This document shows, one piece after another, positions 55,319 through 63,632 of a stretch of DNA of 64,000 nucleotides. The translations under genes were made by a program, and so were the position numbers. Every line of letters begins with the position of its first letter. Position 1 is the stretch's first letter. The stretch is from Sedimentisphaerales bacterium (lineage in GTDB: Bacteria > Planctomycetota > Phycisphaerae > Sedimentisphaerales > SM23-30), in assembly GCA_028281535.1 (NCBI GenBank), contig JANQJS010000012.1, positions 107,185-171,184 of the forward strand, given 5' to 3'. The notes beneath the pieces were generated by a model. It was not told where the DNA came from and did not search any database. It worked only from the letters and a program-made list of their open reading frames with translations.

Positions 55319-56221
55319 TTATAACTCAAAAGAATCTTTTATCGTCGAACATAAATAGTGTTCAATGTTTTGTATATGCACATTTGAAAACCCTTGGGCA
55401 TAATCGGCTCGGCAGATGGGTTTGATGGGTAGTCCGATTCGGTTGAGGTAATATTTAGCTGAGGCGGGGTAGAGGTTGTTTTGCAGGATTTCTTCCATTT
55501 TCAGGATGATATTTTTTATTTCGATATATTCTTTTTTAGGCGGATCGGTTAGACCTTTGATGTAATGGTCCATGAGTTTTGTGGCAGTGTTGGCAATGCA
55601 GCCGCAAAAGCCGCTGGAAAAGTTGGTACCCCCGTCAAAGTGAGCGTTGAGGTTGGCCTGAAAGATTTTAAAGTCATACCCTTTGACGGCGTCAATTTTT
55701 TGTTGATTGATTTGATGGCTCTTACTGGTTTCTTTGCAGAAATAGAAGCGATGGGTTTTAGCCAGCTGACTGTAAAATTCTGGTGGCAAGGTCGTATGGA
55801 CAGGGATTGGGGCTTCGTAGATGCCTAAGGGTATGTTCGTTTTTTCTACGATGGTGAGAATGTCTCTTTCCATATTCTCTAAGTCTGGTAGAAGGGAGGT
55901 GGCAATGATGGTGACTTGTATGCCAGTATCAGCCATGCGTTTGATGGTTTCAATTTGCTGGTCAAGGGTTTTGCCGAAATTTCCTGTAGCAACCACGCTG
56001 GCTTTGCCATTGGTGCGTTCAACTACGCGGCGGGCAATTTGAAGCGGTTCGTCGTCGTAAAGATGTAAGAATTCACCAGATGTGCAAACGGGAAAGAGCC
56101 CGGCAGCGTTTTCTTGTAGATAATAATCCACCAATGCATCGATGCCATCAAAGTCAATCGATTTGTCTTCTCGGAATGGTGTGAACATGACCGGCCATAC
56201 GCCATTGTTTATATTGTACAT
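55319..56221 (-). CDS. DapA/NanA-family (class I aldolase-type) lyase, specificity unknown
   Basis: PVMFTPF, TSGE, GIYEAP and CKETS (Schiff-base Lys context). A bona fide dapA exists at 18205, so this one is a paralog. Confidence 0.7.
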   Translation of the reverse strand: MYNINNGVWPVMFTPFREDKSIDFDGIDALVDYYLQENAAGLFPVCTSGEFLHLYDDEPLQIARRVVERTNGKASVVATGNFGKTLDQQIETIKRMADTGIQVTIIATSLLPDLENMERDILTIVEKTNIPLGIYEAPIPVHTTLPPEFYSQLAKTHRFYFCKETSKSHQINQQKIDAVKGYDFKIFQANLNAHFDGGTNFSSGFCGCIANTATKLMDHYIKGLTDPPKKEYIEIKNIILKMEEILQNNLYPASAKYYLNRIGLPIKPICRADYAQGFSNVHIQNIEHYLCSTIKDSFEL

Positions 56222-56261
56222 ATCAACATTATAAACGTGATCGACATGATTATCAAGAGAA

Positions 56262-56300
56262 GGGTGGCAGCCTCAGCTCAATTTATTGAGATGGGAATGG
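56262..56300. repeat. Family-1 structured repeat, copy B (overlaps the 3' end of the 56278..56961 CDS)
   Basis: GGGTGGCAGCCTCAG plus hairpin CTCAA-TTTA-TTGAG (56277-56290) plus ATGGGAATGG. The stop codon (56278-56280) lies inside the hairpin arm. Confidence 0.6.
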
Positions 56301-56961
56301 GGGTTTCCTTTTCTGTGGTGGTTTGGAATCCGGATGCACTTTTTTCTAGCATTTTTTCGATTTGTTTTTGATAGGAGAGTTTTCCACCTTTGGTTAAGCT
56401 TGTTTGGATTTGTTGGTTGCCGAGTAGTTGGCCGGTGTTTGGATTAACGACATTGATGTAGACAATGACAGGTGTTTCTTTCTTTTTATCAATAATAACA
56501 TTTTCATCAAGTGCGATGATAGGTTTTGTGTCGATAAGAGTCTGTTTTATAGCGGGAACAACTTTAGATGTTTTCGTTTCTTTTTTGACCGTCAAAGGAT
56601 TGGATTGCGGGATGTTGAGTGTGCCATAGCTTTTCTTTTTTTGTTCATTGGTGGCTTGTACTTTTATTTTATCTCCGGGTTGGGCTTGAATGTGTGTTGT
56701 AAAGCTACCATCAGCAGCGACGGCAACTTGTTCGCTTTTTCGAGTGATGTGAATTTCTACCTTGGCAGGGCTGGATGTTTCGATACTTCCTGCCCGTCCT
56801 TCAATTTGCACAATGCCTTTTGAGTTTGGAGGTGAAATAGCAATGTTATGTTTATGCACTTTGATTTTTCTATCTATAGCAAAAGCCAAGAGTGCGGTTG
56901 AACAAAGAATTAAAAGCCCGCATGCTATACGAATGTTGAAATTTACGTCTGATTTTTTCAT
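56278..56961 (-). CDS. Hypothetical secreted/anchored protein
   Basis: N-terminal hydrophobic anchor, beta-rich Lys/Thr/Gln-rich sequence, no recognisable motif. Confidence 0.5.
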   Translation of the reverse strand: MKKSDVNFNIRIACGLLILCSTALLAFAIDRKIKVHKHNIAISPPNSKGIVQIEGRAGSIETSSPAKVEIHITRKSEQVAVAADGSFTTHIQAQPGDKIKVQATNEQKKKSYGTLNIPQSNPLTVKKETKTSKVVPAIKQTLIDTKPIIALDENVIIDKKKETPVIVYINVVNPNTGQLLGNQQIQTSLTKGGKLSYQKQIEKMLEKSASGFQTTTEKETPIPISIN

Positions 56962-57079
56962 CAGAGATTGCCCCTTGTTTTCTCGACATTTAAATAACCA
57001 TTATCACGACAAAGGCTATTATGCATAATTTTCAAGGGAAATCAAGGGGGAAGAATATGATCGTTATAATAAGAGTATT

Positions 57080-57172
57080 GGGTGGCAGCCTCAGCTCAAT
57101 ATATCGAGATGGGGATGGTGGAATGCGAGCAGGCCATCCCAATTTCACCTACGGTGAGCGGAGGCTGCCACC
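57080..57172. repeat. Family-1 structured repeat, copy A (full 93-nt palindromic rod)
   Basis: 12-bp perfect inverted repeat GGTGGCAGCCTC (57081-57092)/GAGGCTGCCACC (57161-57172), extended by GCTCA/TGAGC, with inner 7-bp helix GGGATGG/CCATCCC. Confidence 0.65.
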
Positions 57173-57181
57173 TGTATTTAA

Positions 57182-58579
57182 TTATTTTGTGGGTGTGATG
57201 ACAAAATTGGTTGTTTTGTTCGCTTTGAAATTAAGCCAAAAGACCAGGTTGGTTTGGTTGTCTTTGTTTTCATATCCAATACGGAAATCTTTTCCTGGTT
57301 TGATGGGTTTGCCATCAATTTTAAGTTCAACACCTTTTTTGCCCCAGCCTTTTAAAACGAATGCCGGGTTAATGATGGTGACCTTTTTGGCGTCTTTGTC
57401 CTCATCATAATATTCAAATTGGTCACCACCTTCATACCAGGGACCGAGTTGAAATTCAAACGTTTGAGGTTTATTGTTTTTGCATTCGAGGACATAGGCT
57501 TTTTGGCGATGGTCATAAACAGGGTTTTTATAGGTGGGCTCGAAGTCTTCCATGATAAACTGTGGTGCGTTTATCCATGAGTCAGCAAGCGAAATAACTT
57601 TTTCGGGTTTTTCATCTGATTTGATCATACCGGAAAAGTAAACATGTTCGAGTGTGTAATTGGTTTGTCGATAGAATCGCCAGTTGAGAATATGGCCAAG
57701 CGAAGTGGCGTAACCTCGTTTTTTACTTCCCCAGCATTGAAAGATCAATGGGAGATTGTCTTCCGGTTCATAAGGTTCAATTTCAGCGCCATGCGGGATC
57801 GCAATAGTAAAGGGGCGGTATTTTGATTTGAGGTTTAGGATCATCATGTTGGCATAACGGAATGTATCGAAGTTTTTGGGATAGGGTTTAAAGGAAAAAT
57901 CTTTATATTCACCTTCCATATTAAGTAGGGTTAAAGCATTCACTTCAATATCATCGATCGGGTCTTTGTTGGGTCGGCCATAGATGAGCATTTCGTGAAA
58001 TTCATGGACGACGTTGGGGATGATTTCGCGAGCATCGCCATCGGTGACAGGCCAACTCCAGTCAGTCAGACCGGTGTAAATCTTTGCATGGCGAATATGC
58101 GTGCCATCTGGATAAATTGTGTACCATTCATCCACCCAATCGCCATCGCCATAAGGGCTGTTACTGTGAATATAGGTGTGAGCGATTTTATCTTCGTTAT
58201 TGCTAAGGGCACTGTGCCAGCGAACGATAATTCTTGCATCATTTTGGCTTTCGATCCACATGCGTGTGTAGACATTATTTTTGTCATTTAAGATTTCACA
58301 GGTCATGCCGCCATCTTCGATTTTGGGATCATAGGTTTCTGTCCAACCATTGATATACTTGATGCCATTTTCTGTGACACTATGGACATAGCAGGGCAAA
58401 TCAAAGTGCATTTCGGTGGGGAGTAGGTCGAAAGTGACCTTGACCGCCTCTTTTAAGCGAGGCTTTTGTTTGATTTTTTCAGTGGGGCCGATGGCTTGAA
58501 ATTTTGATGATGCATCGACTGAAAAGGACACTAGGGAAATGATAAAAAATACAACAACGATTTTTTTCAACTGGAGCAT
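57182..58579 (-). CDS. Hypothetical secreted protein (465 aa)
   Basis: Signal peptide MLQLKKIVVVFFIISLVSFSVDA. No motif I can assign. Embedded in the secreted glycan-related block. Confidence 0.5.
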   Translation of the reverse strand: MLQLKKIVVVFFIISLVSFSVDASSKFQAIGPTEKIKQKPRLKEAVKVTFDLLPTEMHFDLPCYVHSVTENGIKYINGWTETYDPKIEDGGMTCEILNDKNNVYTRMWIESQNDARIIVRWHSALSNNEDKIAHTYIHSNSPYGDGDWVDEWYTIYPDGTHIRHAKIYTGLTDWSWPVTDGDAREIIPNVVHEFHEMLIYGRPNKDPIDDIEVNALTLLNMEGEYKDFSFKPYPKNFDTFRYANMMILNLKSKYRPFTIAIPHGAEIEPYEPEDNLPLIFQCWGSKKRGYATSLGHILNWRFYRQTNYTLEHVYFSGMIKSDEKPEKVISLADSWINAPQFIMEDFEPTYKNPVYDHRQKAYVLECKNNKPQTFEFQLGPWYEGGDQFEYYDEDKDAKKVTIINPAFVLKGWGKKGVELKIDGKPIKPGKDFRIGYENKDNQTNLVFWLNFKANKTTNFVITPTK

Positions 58580-58828
58580 ACCTGGTTCTCCTTTGCGCTG
58601 AGATTGCGCGAATGCATTACCAAGTGTGGGCTGTGCGGGTACAGTGGTCGTATGGTAATTTTGATAAGTTTATATTTTAACTTTGTACCAACTGTGACGC
58701 GATTTTTCGCGTAATGTCTATTTACGGATTTGGGTTCTCGCGTACAAAAAGAATTATATTAACCTGGTAAGTGGATATTTAACCATCCATCTAATGACCA
58801 ATAAAACTTCAAATACTTTATTGTAAAT

Positions 58829-58909
58829 GTCTCGCTCAAATGTAGGCGACAACGGAGCCGGGTTAGTGACTCCATAATCGCGGCGTTCTTAAAGTAGGCG
58901 AACGCCTAC
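58829..58909. repeat. Family-2 structured repeat, copy E3
   Basis: GTCTCGCT-CAAATGTAG-GCGA..GGAG/CTCC..TCGC-GGCG, then hairpin GTAGGC-GAAC-GCCTAC (58894-58909), followed on the plus strand by a T-rich tract. Confidence 0.6.
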
Positions 58910-59784
58910 AGTTCTTTTATTTTTATGTTTTTGAAATAGGCTTTCATTTTGGTGCCATCATGCACTTGTAAGCCAATTTTACCTTCTGTATGTGCTTGAG
59001 GTGAATTATCGACATGGTCCAGAACCAACTCGCCATTGACCCAGTGTTGCAGGTGATTGCCTTGACAGCGGATGACAATGCTATTCCAACCGAGTGGTTT
59101 AAATGCTTTGTTTAGTTTTTCTTGGTCACCGAGATGACGATAGTTCGGGCGGACAAACCAATCTCCAATAGAACCCCAGTAGTTACCGACGACCCATTCA
59201 AAACCATCATCCTCTTCTTCTGACTCCTCTTCATCCATCTCTTCTTCGTGTTCTTGAGCTTCTGCTTGCTCTAAGTCGTATTCTTCTTGTTCTATGACGA
59301 ACATGTCAAACTCGTATGCAGCAGGGGCCATGAAAGGTTGCCATTCATCTTCTTCTTCTGGTTCGCCTTCATCTTCCATCTCTTCTTCTTTGGGTTCGTC
59401 TGCTTCGCCTTGCTCATCCTCTTCTTCATCTTCATCGTGACCTGTAAAGAGAAATGGGGTCGCACGATACCAAATACCGCTATTGCGATAGAGATCACCT
59501 ACAATTTTTGCCTCCAGGTGCAATTCGAAATCTTTGAAGGTATTGTAGGTATAGAGCCAGGAAAATTTTTCTGCTACTTTATCCAAGTCTCCAGAGACCA
59601 TGGCGCCATCTTCAATCGACCAAACACCGTCGCTGTTATCCCAATGGGTAAAATCTTTGCCATCAAAAAGTGAGACAAATCCACGTTTGTCAGAATCACA
59701 ACAGGATTGTGTTGTTTGGCAACCATTAAATAATAATAGGGTTAAAAGCGTGAGGATAAAAGATTGAGATATAACTCGAGACAT
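58906..59784 (-). CDS. DUF1080 (3-keto-disaccharide hydrolase-like jelly-roll) lipoprotein with two poly-acidic insertions
   Basis: Lipobox LLFNGC; FDGKDFTHWD..WSIEDGAM and the C-terminal LQVHDGTKMKAYFKNIKIKEL are DUF1080 hallmarks. The ATG ending at 59784 is preferred over the track start at 59850. Confidence 0.7.
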   Translation of the reverse strand: MSRVISQSFILTLLTLLLFNGCQTTQSCCDSDKRGFVSLFDGKDFTHWDNSDGVWSIEDGAMVSGDLDKVAEKFSWLYTYNTFKDFELHLEAKIVGDLYRNSGIWYRATPFLFTGHDEDEEEDEQGEADEPKEEEMEDEGEPEEEDEWQPFMAPAAYEFDMFVIEQEEYDLEQAEAQEHEEEMDEEESEEEDDGFEWVVGNYWGSIGDWFVRPNYRHLGDQEKLNKAFKPLGWNSIVIRCQGNHLQHWVNGELVLDHVDNSPQAHTEGKIGLQVHDGTKMKAYFKNIKIKEL

Positions 59785-59878
59785 ACCATGGTTCCTTTCT
59801 CGGGAAGATAAACGATGGACTCTTCTGTATTCTATTTGGGTAGCGAACAAATAATCTTATACTGAAGTAAGCGGTAAC

Positions 59879-60778
59879 TTACAATTCTTTAATTTTAATA
59901 TTCTTAAACTGAATTTTCATGTCTGCACCCTGGAAAACTTGCAGGGCAATTTTTCCAGCCAGGGGAGCGAGCTCGTCGGAGTCGGTAAAGTCAACCATTA
60001 GCACACCATTTATCCAGTGTTGCACGCGGTTGCCTTCACAGCGAATGACGACTTTATTCCAATCATTATAATGAAAGGCTTTTTTGACCTCGTCGAGATT
60101 TTCCGTTTTTAACTCATGCAAATCGCGTCGATAGGAATCGTGAAGTGTGCCCCAGAAATGGGTCATTTCAGAGAGGCCTTCATCCTTGATTTCTTCTTCG
60201 CTATCGATAGAGTAGATATCGAATTCATAGCCAGTCACAGCCACAATGACAGGACGCTCAGCATCTTTTTCGTCTTCGTCATCGTTATCATCTGCTTGTT
60301 CATCGTCTAGATCTTCGCTTTGCTCTAGTTCAGGCTCTTCTTCGCCATTGTCTTCAAATTCTTCATCTTCATCTTCATCTTCATCTTCATCCTCTTCTTC
60401 TTCGACATAAGCAAACGGTCTAGCTCTGTGCCAGATTCCACTGTTACGATTAAGTTCGCCAGTCATTTTCGCTTCAAGGTGAAGTTCATAATTTTTGTAG
60501 ACACCAGTGGAATACATGACAGGATATTCTTCTATGCTTGTATCAGAATCACCCGCAGTTAATGCTCCATCTTCAACGCGCCAAAGTCCTGTCTTGTCTT
60601 CCCAGCCCGTGAGATCTTTTCCGTTGAACAATGATACATATTCATCATTTGAGAATATCGATCCTATTGCTGTGATAGGACATTTCGTTTCGCAGTTACT
60701 GCTGCAACCATTTAAAAATAATAGGGTCATACAGCTTAGCAATAGCATGGGTAATGTTCTGAAAATTACCATATTCAC
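59879..60778 (-). CDS. DUF1080 lipoprotein paralog with two poly-acidic insertions
   Basis: Lipobox FLNGC; FNGKDLTGWE..WRVEDGAL; C-terminal LQVFQGADMKIQFKNIKIKEL. Colinear with the neighbouring paralog, including insert positions. Confidence 0.7.
   Translation of the reverse strand: MNMVIFRTLPMLLLSCMTLLFLNGCSSNCETKCPITAIGSIFSNDEYVSLFNGKDLTGWEDKTGLWRVEDGALTAGDSDTSIEEYPVMYSTGVYKNYELHLEAKMTGELNRNSGIWHRARPFAYVEEEEDEDEDEDEDEEFEDNGEEEPELEQSEDLDDEQADDNDDEDEKDAERPVIVAVTGYEFDIYSIDSEEEIKDEGLSEMTHFWGTLHDSYRRDLHELKTENLDEVKKAFHYNDWNKVVIRCEGNRVQHWINGVLMVDFTDSDELAPLAGKIALQVFQGADMKIQFKNIKIKEL
60361..60390. repeat. Perfect hexanucleotide microsatellite (TTCATC)x5 inside a CDS
   Basis: Read directly: ttcatc repeated five times. 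It encodes the (ED)n run on the minus strand. Confidence 0.9.
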
Positions 60779-60809
60779 ATGATCCTTTCTTTAAGGAAAA
60801 GCATTTTTA

Positions 60810-63383
60810 TTAATTAAAATCTTTCATGCCAAGTTTAACGCTTTTTGTCTTAGCACTTAAAGAATATGTTTTGCCATTATAGTGAATTTTGGTAGATACG
60901 CCGTGCGGATTTTTAATCGATGCAGATTTCAATTGTCCTTTATCCCAGGTCAGATCAATTTTAAAACCACCGCGGGCGGCGGTGCCTTCAATGGATCCTG
61001 CTGACCATGCATCTGGCAGGGCGGGTAGAAGGTAAATATGTCCTTTTTCTGACATCATGAGCATTTCAATCATCAATCCAGGTAGGCCACCACAAATATC
61101 GACATTAAAAATAGAGTCTGGATCATGGTAGGATACCAAGCCGGGGGTCCAATATTGTTTGCTGGTAAGCCAGTCGACACATTCGTAAGCACGTTTGACA
61201 TCTTGAATATGTGCCGCGGCTAATCCAAGATGTACGATACCAAATGCCATTTCAGCACCATTTCTACCGCGGCGATATTCCAGGCGGTTTTCAATCGCTT
61301 GCTTGGTTGCTTCGATGAGTTCAGGGCTTGATTTGATATCTGGATCGACTTCATACCAGAGAGGGTACAAGTGTGAAGCATGACGATGTTCATCATCATT
61401 TTTTAAGCCAGGCCAGAGCCATTCTTTAAGTGCACCATCTTCACCGATCATGTAATTTGGCATTTTTGCTAACATGGATTTCCACTTTTTGACACGCTTT
61501 GGATCAATCTCCACATCTTTGCTGAGTGTAATGAGGTTTTGGAATAATTGTTTTGCTGCAGCAACATCCATGGTTGCGTTAGGTGTCGCAGTCGATTTTG
61601 AACCTTTAGGGCCAATCTCTGGTGAATAGGAAGGAACAAACACCAGTTTGCCATCTTTCTCAACAGTAAGGAAATCTTCAAAGAATAGGGCCGCTTCCAA
61701 CATGAATGGCAATGCGCGTGTTTTTAGAAATTCTTCATCTTGCGTGTATTGCCAATAGTCATAGTAGAATTGAGCCATCCAAGGTGTACCGGCTGTCCAG
61801 AAGATGTGTGGGAAATAGCCATCGTAATGATTGTTCAGGCCATGATCACTGCTACGAGAGGGTGTCATGATACCACGAGCGTTAAATAATCGTTTGGCAT
61901 TGCTACGATAGTGATCCATAAATTGTGCAAAGTGATCTAAGAACACAAGTGTGCCTTCGTGATAACCACCAGCCAGGTTGTAAGCAATGGCCGTTGGAGC
62001 ATTCCCATTTAATGTAAAATCGCTGCTCCATGCCGGGCGCCAAGTGCCACCCCAGATCCCTTGAAGGGTTGGTGGAATCTTGCCTGTGCTGCAAATGACA
62101 GCGTAGCGAGCCGCATCGAATAGCTTTTGTTGGAACGATAATTTTTCAACATTGGGTTTAGCTTTTGCTAATAGTTGTTCAGATGTGAGATCGTCATCAT
62201 TGCCATTTAACTCAAGTTTGACACGTCCAAATAAATCACTATGAATCGCAACGTGTGATTTGAGCAATTTATCGTAGGACCTTGAGCTTTTAGCAATAGA
62301 GCGTTTTATTTCTTGGATGGGTTTTGGAGAAAAATCATCCAGCACCTCTACTTTGGCTGTCAATAAAACTTCATTAGCATTAGAAATGTTTAGCCAGCCA
62401 TCACCGTCAGTGATTTTTCCATTCTTAGTGGTAACCTTAGCGGCTACGATATAGCCGTGGATCTGATGATCCCAATGTTTGTTAAATTCAGTGGTATACT
62501 CAAGCCAATTGTTAGCAGCGATGGCATTCGTGGCTTTGAGGACTTGTTCTGTTGGAATTCTAGCGTCTACTTCTTCCTCTTCATCTTCTTCACCTTCCTT
62601 TGTGAATTCTTCTTCGTCGCCTTCATCATCATCCTCTTCGTGCTCTTCTTCATCGTTTTCTTCTGAATCAGATTCATCGCTTTCTTCTTCGTCGCCTTCC
62701 TCTCCTTCTTCCTCCACTTCACTAGCGTGTGGGAGTTGGGCGAGTTGTAGACGGCAATTGATTGGGGTATTGTTTGGGCTCGAGATTTTTAGTACTACAA
62801 AGCCATCTGCTCGTGAGACGAACATTTGTTTTTGGAAAATACCTGCATCGCTTTCCCAGCCAACAGTGGTTTCAGCGGTTTGGAAGTTTGTTGAGCGTGC
62901 ATAGTTTTTTATTTCGGATTGGTTCTGCATTTCAATATGCAACTGACAAGCAGGGATGAGTGGGTCTGTCCAAACCATGCCTGGGATTTCATTTTCTTTT
63001 CCTATATCTTCAATAAGCTTAGCTGATTTATGGCCTTGGCCATTAAGAATCCACTCACGAATTTTATCGAGATGGTCGCCAGTAGGAGGTGCTTCGACTG
63101 GGTAGTTTTCAGGGAAGAACAATCTTTCGTGGCTCAATGCTATTGCGTCATTGAGGGCATTGCCAGGCACAAGAGCACCTACGGTGCCGTTACCTGTGAT
63201 CATGGAGTGTTCCCATCTTTTGGCTGGTTTTGAACTGACGTACCCCTGGGTCGGTTGCGTCATAGAAAGTTTATCTAATGAATTGTGTTGCCCATGACTG
63301 TAGGCTGTCACACTGAATAATGTCATGAGGAAAAATGTTGAGAAGGTAGCTTGCACACGAATTTTTTGGCTGATTTTTGACAT
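60810..63383 (-). CDS. GH95-like glycoside hydrolase (alpha-L-fucosidase family architecture) with a ~55-aa poly-acidic insertion
   Basis: Signal peptide. The N-terminal GNGTVGALVPG....D.I.LSHERLF resembles the GH95-type N-terminal domain, and the protein is long (857 aa) with an alpha-helical catalytic-type C-terminal half. Family call is from memory. Confidence 0.62.
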   Translation of the reverse strand: MSKISQKIRVQATFSTFFLMTLFSVTAYSHGQHNSLDKLSMTQPTQGYVSSKPAKRWEHSMITGNGTVGALVPGNALNDAIALSHERLFFPENYPVEAPPTGDHLDKIREWILNGQGHKSAKLIEDIGKENEIPGMVWTDPLIPACQLHIEMQNQSEIKNYARSTNFQTAETTVGWESDAGIFQKQMFVSRADGFVVLKISSPNNTPINCRLQLAQLPHASEVEEEGEEGDEEESDESDSEENDEEEHEEDDDEGDEEEFTKEGEEDEEEEVDARIPTEQVLKATNAIAANNWLEYTTEFNKHWDHQIHGYIVAAKVTTKNGKITDGDGWLNISNANEVLLTAKVEVLDDFSPKPIQEIKRSIAKSSRSYDKLLKSHVAIHSDLFGRVKLELNGNDDDLTSEQLLAKAKPNVEKLSFQQKLFDAARYAVICSTGKIPPTLQGIWGGTWRPAWSSDFTLNGNAPTAIAYNLAGGYHEGTLVFLDHFAQFMDHYRSNAKRLFNARGIMTPSRSSDHGLNNHYDGYFPHIFWTAGTPWMAQFYYDYWQYTQDEEFLKTRALPFMLEAALFFEDFLTVEKDGKLVFVPSYSPEIGPKGSKSTATPNATMDVAAAKQLFQNLITLSKDVEIDPKRVKKWKSMLAKMPNYMIGEDGALKEWLWPGLKNDDEHRHASHLYPLWYEVDPDIKSSPELIEATKQAIENRLEYRRGRNGAEMAFGIVHLGLAAAHIQDVKRAYECVDWLTSKQYWTPGLVSYHDPDSIFNVDICGGLPGLMIEMLMMSEKGHIYLLPALPDAWSAGSIEGTAARGGFKIDLTWDKGQLKSASIKNPHGVSTKIHYNGKTYSLSAKTKSVKLGMKDFN

Positions 63384-63576
63384 GTTATAATTACTCCGGT
63401 TAAATGTTGATCAAAAACCTTAATTGGATCAGACTGTAGGTGGGTAGTGTACGTACAATTATATCTAAAAGTTCTTTTAGATCAAATCATTGTGTTTGGA
63501 ATTGGTAAATATTGAACAAGTTGGTTGATTTTAAACATGCCAATATTTGTCACTGGAAATTTTGTAAAAAAGGGGC

Positions 63577-63604
63577 TTGCAAGAGATGTAAGTCTTGTTA
63601 TACT
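63577..63604 (+). promoter_or_regulatory. Candidate sigma70 promoter for tRNA-Gly
   Basis: TTGCAA (63577-63582), 16-nt spacer, TGtTATACT (63596-63604), ~29 nt upstream of the tRNA. Confidence 0.45.
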
Positions 63605-63632
63605 CGCCTTTCTGTAAAAAATGCCGTTAGAT

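Noticed and set aside
57080-57172. Palindromic element A as an integron attC site
   Set aside because: There are no RYYYAAC/GTTRRRY core sites at the ends and no extrahelical-base pattern I can see. No intI integrase or attI is in the window.
62479-62904. 141-aa Ser-rich plus-strand ORF (and the 62457..62666 ORF)
   Set aside because: They lie antisense to the poly-acidic insertion of the GH95-like gene. GAA/GAT repeats read as TTC/ATC on the other strand and give artefactual open frames.
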